Source: a virus (Duplodnaviria > Caudoviricetes). From it: a stretch of DNA of 48,866 nt. Position 1 is the stretch's first letter. Each line of letters starts with the position of its first letter. Below, in pieces: positions 8,500 through 16,861 of the stretch. The stretch is taken from positions 1 to 48,866 of the IMG/VR virus record IMGVR_UViG_3300049170_000045; one strand, given 5' to 3'. The notes below the pieces were generated by a model, which worked only from the letters and a program-made list of their open reading frames with translations, made no database searches and was not told the origin of the DNA. The translations under genes and the position numbers were made by a program.

Positions 8500-9113
8500 G
8501 CCTCGATCACCTGCTCTGTCTGCTGGATGTCGTAATCGCGCAGGGCTTGGGAGATAGCGCCGATGCTGGGGTTCTTTCCCTTGTTCTTGCCGTCGGTGAT
8601 GCGGAGGTGGGGCTGGATCTGCTTGAGGCTGAAGCCCTTCTCCCGCAGAGCTGCGGCTTGCACGACGAGAGCTTCGGTCATGACGGGGCGCCGACCACCG
8701 ACGCGCCCTCGACTCCGAGCAGCCTCGAGGCCGTTTTTCGTCTTCTTGACGATGTCGCGGCGGCGCTCCGAGGCGAGGACGAGGGCGAGTTCAAGGAGGA
8801 GGTTCATCTCGCTGTGTTCGCCGGCGCCGATGCCTTCGAGCACCTTGACGGCGATGCCGCGCTCGAAGAGTTCGGCGAGGGTCAGGAGACCGGTGAGTGT
8901 GTCTCGGCCGAGGCGGTCGACCTCCTGCACGGTGAGCATGTCGCCTTCGCGGACGTACTCGAGGGCGGCGCTGAGGGCGGGGCGGTCGTCGACCGCGAGC
9001 TTGCCGGAGATCTTCTCTTCGAAGACTTTGATGCAGATCGGGTCGAGTGCGTCGTGCTGACGATCGACGTTCTGCTTGTCGGTGGAAACTCGGACGAGTC
9101 CGACCAGCGCCAT
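8496..9113 (-). CDS. Small serine recombinase (resolvase/invertase)
   Basis: LVRVSTDKQ (catalytic Ser), VDRLGRD, GRVGGRRP, C-terminal HTH; alternative start at 9128. Confidence 0.93.
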   Translation of the reverse strand: MALVGLVRVSTDKQNVDRQHDALDPICIKVFEEKISGKLAVDDRPALSAALEYVREGDMLTVQEVDRLGRDTLTGLLTLAELFERGIAVKVLEGIGAGEHSEMNLLLELALVLASERRRDIVKKTKNGLEAARSRGRVGGRRPVMTEALVVQAAALREKGFSLKQIQPHLRITDGKNKGKNPSIGAISQALRDYDIQQTEQVIEA

Positions 9114-9121
9114 GCAGCCTC

Positions 9122-9253
9122 TTTTCATCTAAGGGTGCGGGGTAGGTAGTTGAACGCTACCGATTGATGAACCCTTTGATGAACGGTGCGAGGCGTACTA
9201 CGCCAGAACTACGCTCCCTGTAGCGGCGGTTCATGAAACGACCGTTTGATGAA
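9122..9253. other. Putative res site
   Basis: Inverted repeat TTCATGAAACG-AC-CGTTTGATGAA (9230-9253); TTGATGAA also at 9164 and 9176; directly upstream of the resolvase. Confidence 0.65.
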
Positions 9254-9284
9254 GGGCGAGTTCGGCGATCAGATACAGAGAAGC

Positions 9285-9318
9285 GCCCCGCTCCCCTGCC
9301 GAAGCAGGAGGGCGGGGC
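9285..9318 (-). terminator. Terminator at the end of the late operon
   Basis: GCCCCGC...CCTGC/GCAGG...GCGGGGC stem followed by a pyrimidine-rich tract on the minus strand. Confidence 0.6.
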
Positions 9319-9322
9319 AGCG

Positions 9323-9637
9323 TCACTTCGCGTCGGGTTTCTTCTTCGCCTTCAACCAGCGCGTCACCGCATCCACCGTCGCCGAGTCCAGTGACGCGAG
9401 CGCCTGCACGGCCGCGCGGTCGGTTTCCGAGGGCTCGACACCTGCTTCGGCCAGCGCGTCGGTGAGGGCGCGCTTCTCCGCTTCGTCCGCGGGGTCAGGC
9501 CGTTGCCCGCCGGGTGGTACCCGATCCGGCGGCGGGCCCGGGGTCGGCTGCGGTTCGATGAGGCCCAGCTGTACGAGGGACGCCGAGTCGCCGGCGCACT
9601 CGTCCACGCGGCGCGTGACTGCGCGAGGTTCCGGCAT
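9323..9637 (-). CDS. Hypothetical protein
   Basis: GGGAG RBS; last ORF of the lysis cassette. Confidence 0.65.
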   Translation of the reverse strand: MPEPRAVTRRVDECAGDSASLVQLGLIEPQPTPGPPPDRVPPGGQRPDPADEAEKRALTDALAEAGVEPSETDRAAVQALASLDSATVDAVTRWLKAKKKPDAK

Positions 9638-9646
9638 GGGGGCTCC

Positions 9647-10312
9647 CTACCTGTATTGGCGGCGCTGCGGATCGAGAGCCGCCTGCGGCGTCGGTGGGTC
9701 ATCCGTGGGGTCGGGTTGCGGTGCCCCGCTACGGCGGCACACAAGCGCGTCCGGATCGTCGGCGGGCACCTGGAGGCTGTACCCGTCCGGACACGACGGC
9801 CCGGCGGGACCGCGCTCACCGTCGGTGCCGTCCTTCCCCGGCGGACCCGCCGGGCCTTCGGGACCGGCTGGGCCGGGCTCGCCCTGCGGTCCGGGCGGGC
9901 CCGCAGCGCCGTCCGCGCCCGGAGCGCCGTCCTCGCCATCGGCTCCAGGTTCCCCACCCGCACCGTCGGCTCCCTTCATTCCTTCAGCGCCGTCCTCTCC
10001 GGCCGGGCCCGACTTCCCGGCTTCTCCAGGTGGACCCGACTCTCCCCGTTCTCCACGCTCACCCTGAGGACCGCGGGGGCCGGTGACAGACTCCCCGCGG
10101 GAGCCTGGTGGGCCCGCCACGGGTTTCCCGCCGAGCCGCTCGACCTGCGCGGCCAGCGCGTCCCTCGCCTGATTGGCGGTGCGCAGGTCGTGGCTGAGCT
10201 GCTGCATGGTGATGACGACCCATGCCAGCGCGGCAAGGCAGGCGACCGCGGCCAGGGCGAACCATAGATCAGCGCGGCGTCGCGCCTTAGCCGGCGAGGT
10301 GTGAGCCCTCAC
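9647..10312 (-). CDS. Membrane-anchored collagen-like protein
   Basis: N-terminal TM, coiled coil, long G-X-Y run, C-terminal CPDGY...VC. Confidence 0.85.
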   Translation of the reverse strand: MRAHTSPAKARRRADLWFALAAVACLAALAWVVITMQQLSHDLRTANQARDALAAQVERLGGKPVAGPPGSRGESVTGPRGPQGERGERGESGPPGEAGKSGPAGEDGAEGMKGADGAGGEPGADGEDGAPGADGAAGPPGPQGEPGPAGPEGPAGPPGKDGTDGERGPAGPSCPDGYSLQVPADDPDALVCRRSGAPQPDPTDDPPTPQAALDPQRRQYR

Positions 10313-10656
10313 GCGCCCGCTCCCCTCGTCGAGAGGTACACCTGCAGCAGCACGATGAGCACAGGAACGATCAGGCCCGTCAGGATGAGGCGCCGGTCGG
10401 CACGCCGCTGGTCCTCGACTCGGCGTCGCTCCAGCTCGTCGTCGCGTATCTCCTGCACTCGCTCCGTCTCGATGGCGGTTACGCGCTCGATCAGTTGACG
10501 GTGTACTTCGTCGGCGCCGCGGCGCTCCAGCTCGTATCGCTCGACTGACACCTTCTTTTCGAGCCGTGCACCGTACTCGCGGAGGTCTTCCTTGAGGTCT
10601 GCGTGGATGGCCTCAAGGCGCCGGGCGACCTCGCCGAGGGTCGGCTCGTCGGCCAC
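10309..10656 (-). CDS. Coiled-coil protein with a C-terminal TM (lysis cassette)
   Basis: Charged helix followed by [19 protein letters not shown]. Confidence 0.8.
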   Translation of the reverse strand: MADEPTLGEVARRLEAIHADLKEDLREYGARLEKKVSVERYELERRGADEVHRQLIERVTAIETERVQEIRDDELERRRVEDQRRADRRLILTGLIVPVLIVLLQVYLSTRGAGA

Positions 10657-10668
10657 GTGCTGCTCCGA

Positions 10669-11016
10669 TCAGGCTGCTGTCGGCCTGGCGGGTGCCGCCG
10701 GGGAGACCTGGCCGCGGGTGAGCAGGCCGAGCACGGCGAGTACGACGGCGTTCAGAGCACCGACGGTCTCTTGCGAGACGTCGAGTCCGTAGGCGGCGAG
10801 GAGCGCGACCGCAGCAGCAACGAGTCCGGTGAACGCCGACGGGGCGATTGGCCGGGTGATGGCCGCGGTGGCTGCGGCGAACACCGCGGAGATGACGGCG
10901 ACGATCGTGGCAGCCTGCTCTGCGGACAGTCCGTCGAAGCCGAAGCTGACGAGCAGGGATAGGGCTGCCGACACGGTTGCGATGATGAGGGCAGGCTCGC
11001 GGCCGAAGATTCGCAT
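10669..11016 (-). CDS. Holin
   Basis: MRIFGREPA start, about 4 hydrophobic segments, directly after the endolysin. Confidence 0.8.
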   Translation of the reverse strand: MRIFGREPALIIATVSAALSLLVSFGFDGLSAEQAATIVAVISAVFAAATAAITRPIAPSAFTGLVAAAVALLAAYGLDVSQETVGALNAVVLAVLGLLTRGQVSPAAPARPTAA

Positions 11017-11025
11017 GGGGCTACC

Positions 11026-11775
11026 TCACTTCTTGGGGAGCTTGAGGGTCTGGCCGGCGCGGATGTCGTCGGCGTCGACCAGATCGTTGAGCTGGGCTAT
11101 GTCGCGCCAGCGGTTGCCGTCGCGGAGCTTGGAGGCGGCGATCGACCAGAGGGTGTCGCCCTTGCTGACCGTGTACACGGTGGTCGGCTTGAGGCGGTCG
11201 CGGATCTGTCCGCGCATCCAGTCCATACCGAAGCCGCGCGGGTCGACCTTGCCGGGCTGCCACTCCAGGTGGCCGATGACGGAGCGCTCCGTCCAGCCGT
11301 GGTGGCGGCAGATCGCCGCGGACACGCGCTCGATCGCCTCCAGCTGGGCGGCTGGCCACGGGTCTTTGCCGTCGCCAAGGTTCTCGCACTCGAAGCCGTA
11401 GAAGTGCCGGTTGCCGTCGGTGCTGGTCTCGTTGTCGGCGGGCAGCTTCTGCTCGGCGATGACGGCCTGGAGGACGTCGTCGTCGCCCATCCCTGCGTGG
11501 TTCGTGCGGCCGTAGCCGACGAGGTGGACCCTGCCGTCCTTCGTGATGACGCCGTGGCAGAGCGGGCCCGGCAGACTGCTGTACCCGTCACGGCAGATCT
11601 CGACGGTGCGCTTGCTGCCCGAGGTGACGGTGTGGTGGATCATCACGCCGTGCACCGGCCCCCACGGTCCCTTGTGGTTGCGGTTGTGGGTCTTCCATCC
11701 GGAGACCTCGACGACCGTCACGCCTTCAGCGCGCAGGATCGAGGCAAACGTGGACGCTGAAGGTGCGGTGGCCAT
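11026..11775 (-). CDS. Endolysin: Amidase_2 plus LysM
   Basis: VMIHHT, NHAG, GFECEN, IGHLEW...KVDP; YTVSKGDTLWSIA...IRAGQTLKLP. Confidence 0.93.
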   Translation of the reverse strand: MATAPSASTFASILRAEGVTVVEVSGWKTHNRNHKGPWGPVHGVMIHHTVTSGSKRTVEICRDGYSSLPGPLCHGVITKDGRVHLVGYGRTNHAGMGDDDVLQAVIAEQKLPADNETSTDGNRHFYGFECENLGDGKDPWPAAQLEAIERVSAAICRHHGWTERSVIGHLEWQPGKVDPRGFGMDWMRGQIRDRLKPTTVYTVSKGDTLWSIAASKLRDGNRWRDIAQLNDLVDADDIRAGQTLKLPKK

Positions 11776-11789
11776 GTTCGGCCCCCTCT

Positions 11790-12221
11790 CTAGTAGTCCC
11801 AAGTCATTGCGCTGAACTGGGCGTGTTCGAGTGGCCAGGGCTGGTCGTGGTCGTGCCAGACCTCGACACCGACGTGCTGGTTGGCCTGGCCGGCGAAGGT
11901 CCAGCTGGTGGTCTCCCAGCTGCGGCCAGGGGTTGCGAGGTGGTCGGCGGCTCCGGTGTCGTCACGGATGCCGTGCGGGTCGCGGATGAAGCGGCTCATG
12001 AACTGCCGCGGCCTAACGTCACCTTCGGGGATGTTGAGGGCGGCCCAGCGGAGGTTGCGAAACCACAGGAAGTCCCCGTCGAACGGCGGCATGATCGTGG
12101 TCAAACTGCGGGCCATGCTCCGGTCGTTGCTGAGCACTCGCTCATAGGTGACGAGCGTCCACGTCTCCGGTGGGATGAGCTGCGGCTTTTCACCGCGGTA
12201 GAGCTTGCAGACGGTGGCCAT
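11790..12221 (-). CDS. Hypothetical protein (distal tail/lysis region)
   Basis: AGGAGG RBS, ATG 12221 (MATVCKLYRG...). Confidence 0.7.
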   Translation of the reverse strand: MATVCKLYRGEKPQLIPPETWTLVTYERVLSNDRSMARSLTTIMPPFDGDFLWFRNLRWAALNIPEGDVRPRQFMSRFIRDPHGIRDDTGAADHLATPGRSWETTSWTFAGQANQHVGVEVWHDHDQPWPLEHAQFSAMTWDY

Positions 12222-12229
12222 GACGCCTC

Positions 12230-12850
12230 CTACAGGCTGACGGTGACTCCGTTGAAACCGATCCACGGAGGCTTCACTGACGTCCCGGTGCCGAAGACTT
12301 CGAGGTAGCCGTTTGTCTGCACGTCGAGCTTCAGCGCGATGCGGTCCGAGGAGACGTCGCTGCACGGGATGAGGACCGTGCGCAGCGTCGACGGCCGCAC
12401 CGTGGTGGGCAGAGCGACGGAGTTGATGACGTAGCTCGACGCTGGGCTGCTGGGCCATGAGGAGCGTTCGACCGCCCCGCGGAACTGGAGCGACTCCTCG
12501 CCGCTGATGTTCAGCAGCCGGTACTGGAGCGACCCGTTGCTGTTGCCGTTTTGCGAGAACCCGGACGCCAGGCTGATGGTCGTCCAAGAAGTCGCGCCGA
12601 CGGACAGGGCCACCCACGTCCCGTTGATGCGGGCGTCCAGGCGCTTGATGTCCTGGAGGTAGGTGACCATGCCGTCGACCGGCGCCGCCGCCCCGACGAG
12701 GGTCGCGCCACGGGTCGAGGCTGACGTGAAGCGCATGACCGCGCGCGGGATCAGCCCTGCGGCGAGTGTGCCGAGTTGGCTGGGCAGATCGGGGGCGTCG
12801 GTGAGCGCGGGGAGGCTGATGCTCTGCCCATAGGCATCGGTTGTCGGCAC
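12230..12850 (-). CDS. Minor tail protein
   Basis: AGGAGG RBS; VMRFTSASTR, GMVTYLQD, WTTISLASGF beta-rich domain. Confidence 0.75.
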   Translation of the reverse strand: MPTTDAYGQSISLPALTDAPDLPSQLGTLAAGLIPRAVMRFTSASTRGATLVGAAAPVDGMVTYLQDIKRLDARINGTWVALSVGATSWTTISLASGFSQNGNSNGSLQYRLLNISGEESLQFRGAVERSSWPSSPASSYVINSVALPTTVRPSTLRTVLIPCSDVSSDRIALKLDVQTNGYLEVFGTGTSVKPPWIGFNGVTVSL

Positions 12851-12858
12851 GTGGCCTC

Positions 12859-13521
12859 CTAGCTGAGGGGGTAGCGGATGCCCTTGAGGGAGAGCCAGGT
12901 CGTCTCGGTGTCTCCGGCGGCGGCGGACACGAGCTGGACGGTGCCGTCCGTGTCAAAGTCGCACTTCAGCGAATGGACAACGCTCGTCGAGTTGGCGACA
13001 CCTGTGATCGAGGTGGCGTTACGGGCGATCACGAAAGAAGCGCGGGCAACGGGCCGGAACGTCGACGCGAGCGCGGCGGACAGGATGTTCGAGGTCTGCG
13101 CCCCGGTGGCACGGGTGGCGCCGCCGTCCCACTCCATCCACCAGCCGCCCTGATGGACGATCCTGCGGTAGCGGATGGGCCCGTTGTTGTTGCCCTGGCT
13201 GCTGGTGTTGCCTTGGGTGTAGCCGGTGCCGAGCGTCGCCGTCGTCCAGCCGGGGTCGCCGGAGCTGAGTCGGCCGAGAGCGATCCAGTTGCCGTTGCTC
13301 GACTGGGAGATGACCGCGATGTCGCCGACGAGGGGCATCGTGTACGTGTCCATGCGGCGGCAGACCACGCCGTCGGCGGTAACCGTGGTGGCCGCGACGG
13401 CGGTCACGGTCGCGGTGCGCCAGTCCGCACCACGTACCGACGGCGACCGCTCCCCCGCCTTCTTCGCGGACTGCTGTACCGCCCAGGCCAGGTCACGGGT
13501 AGAAGCGTGTGCGGAATTCAC
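12859..13521 (-). CDS. Minor tail protein
   Basis: N-terminal OB-like segment (YTMPLVGD...WIALG); C-terminal domain resembles the next gene. Confidence 0.75.
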   Translation of the reverse strand: MNSAHASTRDLAWAVQQSAKKAGERSPSVRGADWRTATVTAVAATTVTADGVVCRRMDTYTMPLVGDIAVISQSSNGNWIALGRLSSGDPGWTTATLGTGYTQGNTSSQGNNNGPIRYRRIVHQGGWWMEWDGGATRATGAQTSNILSAALASTFRPVARASFVIARNATSITGVANSTSVVHSLKCDFDTDGTVQLVSAAAGDTETTWLSLKGIRYPLS

Positions 13522-14609
13522 GCGTCCTCCTTCGCGGAGATCGTCGTGATCGGGAAGTCGCCCCCCTCGTCGAGCGGCACGGAAAACGAGGCGACCTGAT
13601 GGAGCTCGCGGGTGCCGTCCGGGTGTGTGACGCGCAAGACATCGCCCGGTTCGAGCGCCGGGTTCGGCAGCGACGAGATGTCACCGCTGGCGTTGGGTGC
13701 CTTGGCCTTGGCGAGTTCCAGGCCGGCGGCCTGCGTGCACGCGTTGACGGTGGTCAGCGTTGAGGAGCTGTAGAACTTCGGGCGGCGGCCGAACGGTCCA
13801 CCCCAATACGTGGGGCTCCCGGTGTCGTCGTCGACGACGAGCGCGGCGACCGGGGGCGCGTTGTCGCTGGTGTTCTCGCCGCGTGCGAGCACACCGTTGT
13901 ACACGGCGTCCGATGTCATGGCGCGGTTGCCGGATATGTAGGCGCCGCTCTCGCTCGCCTCGATGGCCCAGACCGGCTCGGTGGTCAGCAGGTCAGGCAG
14001 TGTGGCGATCACGAAGACTCCGTCGGCGTTCGTGTAGACCTCCGCGCCGGCTGCGGCAGCGATCTCCTGTGCGCCCGCCCATGGGTCCGCCTCGACATCG
14101 AACGTGCGGCTGCCGATAGGGGTATCGGTGATGGTGGATATGACGTCGGCGTCCGGGATGGACCGCTGGATGAGTGCGGTGACGGCGCCGACGACGGTGC
14201 CGGTGGCCCGGTAGGGCTCGGTGAGCTTGTCGTCGGCGACGCACGCTTCCAGGCTTTTGCCTTGGAGGTTGACGGGCCCGTCGGTGACGTCGCCGTCAAC
14301 CGAGTCGAGCCGGAACACGCCGACGGGCACCAGTTCGCTGCTGCCGTCGCCGTACTCGACGCCGCGGGCGATGCGGAGCCGTGCCCCGTAGGTCGCCAAC
14401 TTGTCGGTGGGGGTGCGCGGGATGAGGGCTGGGTCCGGGCAGGTGACGGTGCATGTGCGGCGGATGGCCTGCCCGCGGTCGACGGTGACCGAGCCGCCTG
14501 TGTGGTCCAGGTCGACGACGCGGCCGTCGGTCAGGAACAGTTGGACGCGCGTGGCGACTCGGTGGGATTCGGTGAGGCGGGTCAGGAATCGTTCGGACAC
14601 GGGGTACAT
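13518..14609 (-). CDS. Minor tail/baseplate hub protein (DUF5047-like)
   Basis: GGSVTVDRGQAIRRT, PVGVFRL, PNPALEPGD; second gene after the tape measure. Confidence 0.8.
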   Translation of the reverse strand: MYPVSERFLTRLTESHRVATRVQLFLTDGRVVDLDHTGGSVTVDRGQAIRRTCTVTCPDPALIPRTPTDKLATYGARLRIARGVEYGDGSSELVPVGVFRLDSVDGDVTDGPVNLQGKSLEACVADDKLTEPYRATGTVVGAVTALIQRSIPDADVISTITDTPIGSRTFDVEADPWAGAQEIAAAAGAEVYTNADGVFVIATLPDLLTTEPVWAIEASESGAYISGNRAMTSDAVYNGVLARGENTSDNAPPVAALVVDDDTGSPTYWGGPFGRRPKFYSSSTLTTVNACTQAAGLELAKAKAPNASGDISSLPNPALEPGDVLRVTHPDGTRELHQVASFSVPLDEGGDFPITTISAKEDA

Positions 14610-14613
14610 GGCG

Positions 14614-16851
14614 TCACCCCGTTCTGCGGTCCAGGAGCAGATCCTCGGTGGTGGCGTAGACGGGCAGCAGGTCCGCCCACGTCGCGAACTCGGCGACGAT
14701 GTCCTGCCAGGTGTGGCCCGCTGAGCCGTTAACGCCGGTCGTGACGGGCATGTCCGCCTCGGTCAGTGGCAGGGTCCATGCCCGCCACGGTTCCTGTGCG
14801 GTGCCGCCGGTGCGGGCTTCGGTGGCCTGGCCGACGCTGACGTACATGTCGGTGACGCCCATGCCGGGAACGGCCTGCCAGAGCAGCACGTTTCCGGAGT
14901 TGAGCAGGAGGTGCAGGGCGAGACGCTCGCTGTCGGAGCGGGTCCAGATCGACAGATCGCCTTCGAGGCCTTGCCGCCGCCCAGACAAAATGACCTTGTT
15001 GCGGCGCCCCTTGACGACATAGGCCGTCTGCTCGATGGGGCGTGTCCAGTCCGGCGCCGACTGCACCATCACCCGCAGATTGCGCTGCGGGTTGCCGGGG
15101 TCCTTCAGCCACGCCTCCTGCGCGTCGGCGAGGATGACCTGCACCAGGTCCGAGCTTCGGGAGGAGGCGTATGCGCCTGCCGCATCGTAGAACTGCAGGC
15201 GGTATCGGACCGGAGTGTTCATCGGTGCTTCGTGGTCTTCGATCACCATCAGGTCGGACGTGATCGGCTGGCGGTCGATGAGTCCTGCGGGGCCGCGCAC
15301 GAGTGTCCCGATGCTGTCCGGTGTCTCCCGGTACAGGCTGAGCCGATGGTCGACGGGCAGTTCCCGCAGGGTGAGGGTGATGTAGCCGCCGTCGGTGTCC
15401 GCGGTGGCGATGGTCTGCGGCAGCACCTGCCAGAGGAGGGCCTTGTCGACGTGCAGCACGCTGTTGGCAGCTGACGCGGTAGCCGTAAGTTCGATCGCGG
15501 CCTGAGTGGCGTTGGCTGGGGCTGCAGCGTCGGTGGGCATGGCGTACCAGGCTGCGGCGCCCGGCACGGTCCAGGTGGTGCCGCTACTGGCGCCCAGGTC
15601 GACGTTGGCGGCGTCGTACCAGCGCAGTTTGACGTTGACCGACGTCCAGGACCCGGCGCCTGGGCGAGCGGCGATCTGGGCGCGCCAGTTCAGGCCTGCG
15701 CCGCCCGGCGTCGGGAATCGTGCTGATCGGATCACGCTAGCCGTGGCGGTGGCCGAGGTGATGGCCATGGAATAGCTGCCGTCCAGGGCGACCACGCCCC
15801 ACGGGGTGGAGCGGGCCAGGGTGGCTGCCCCTGAGACTGTCGCCCATCCCCCGAGGCCCTGCTCCATCGAGCCATCGGCATACGGGACGACGGTGCCCGA
15901 CTGGAGCGAGGGTGCGACGGAGATGACGACCGTCTCCAGCCGCAGCACCTGGCCCGCGCTCGCCCCGGTCAGCCCTGCGGCGGCACTAGCCGTGGCCGCA
16001 TTGGCAGGGGCGACCATAGATGCGATCTGCCGGTACATGCCCGTCCCCGGCGCCGCGAGCGTGGAGCGCTGCGCCGCGATCTGCGTGCCGGTGCTGTCGT
16101 AGAAGCGCAGCTCAATCCACGCCTGGGCCGCAGCCGCGGGCGGCTGGAGATAGGCGTGAGCGGCGTACTCGACACCAGGGCTGGCGCTGGGCCGCCCGAC
16201 GGCGAGCGCGGACGCGTTACCCGCCACGACCGCCGTGATAGCCAGCGTGCTCCCGCCGGCGAGGTAGTTGTCGACGGCCCACTGCACGACGGGCGCCTGA
16301 CGGGAGACCGTCGCGTTGGTCTCGGCCGCCCAGCCGCTGGCGTCGATCTCCATGGACTCGGTGCCGAATCCGAAGAGATTGCCGCTCGTGCGGATCGGCA
16401 GACCGAGGTAGACGTTCTCCCAGTAGTGGCTGACATTCCCCGCCGTCTCGGTGGAGGACAGCAGCACCTGGGCCGTGGCGCCGCCGACCGGAGCGGCGCC
16501 TGCGACGCCGACCCGGTGCCACGACGAAGAGGCGGCTGCTGTGGTCAGAGACCACGTAATGCCGATCTCGGTGCCCGCCGAATTCAGCCAGCGGATGCCG
16601 ATCCTCTCGGGCACCGCGCCTGCCGAGTCCGCGAACACTTGGTAGACGGTGCCGACGACGACCGGGTAGGAGGAGACGGTGCGGGCCTGGACCTCTCCCG
16701 ACAGCAGGGACTTGGTGACCAGGACACCGTCCCCGTTCCGCCCTCCGGTCCCCTTCACAAGAGGACCGCAGTTGGACTTCATCGTCCACCCGCTGGTGTT
16801 CGGGTCGATGGACTCCGTCGTCGGGCTGAGGAAGTTCCCGGGAATCGGCAA
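14614..16851 (-). CDS. Distal tail-like protein with three carbohydrate-binding-like repeats
   Basis: Repeats start ESIDPNTSGW / ESMEIDASGW / GSMEQGLGGW; first gene after the tape measure. Confidence 0.75.
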   Translation of the reverse strand: MPIPGNFLSPTTESIDPNTSGWTMKSNCGPLVKGTGGRNGDGVLVTKSLLSGEVQARTVSSYPVVVGTVYQVFADSAGAVPERIGIRWLNSAGTEIGITWSLTTAAASSSWHRVGVAGAAPVGGATAQVLLSSTETAGNVSHYWENVYLGLPIRTSGNLFGFGTESMEIDASGWAAETNATVSRQAPVVQWAVDNYLAGGSTLAITAVVAGNASALAVGRPSASPGVEYAAHAYLQPPAAAAQAWIELRFYDSTGTQIAAQRSTLAAPGTGMYRQIASMVAPANAATASAAAGLTGASAGQVLRLETVVISVAPSLQSGTVVPYADGSMEQGLGGWATVSGAATLARSTPWGVVALDGSYSMAITSATATASVIRSARFPTPGGAGLNWRAQIAARPGAGSWTSVNVKLRWYDAANVDLGASSGTTWTVPGAAAWYAMPTDAAAPANATQAAIELTATASAANSVLHVDKALLWQVLPQTIATADTDGGYITLTLRELPVDHRLSLYRETPDSIGTLVRGPAGLIDRQPITSDLMVIEDHEAPMNTPVRYRLQFYDAAGAYASSRSSDLVQVILADAQEAWLKDPGNPQRNLRVMVQSAPDWTRPIEQTAYVVKGRRNKVILSGRRQGLEGDLSIWTRSDSERLALHLLLNSGNVLLWQAVPGMGVTDMYVSVGQATEARTGGTAQEPWRAWTLPLTEADMPVTTGVNGSAGHTWQDIVAEFATWADLLPVYATTEDLLLDRRTG

Positions 16852-16861
16852 GGTGACCTCC

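Noticed and set aside
8496-9113. Resolvase as a tail-fibre invertase or part of a Tn3 transposon
   Set aside because: No inverted crossover sites seen around tail genes and no transposase or terminal inverted repeats found by eye.
9780-10110. Repetitive GC-rich DNA as a tandem repeat element
   Set aside because: Explained by collagen G-X-Y coding.
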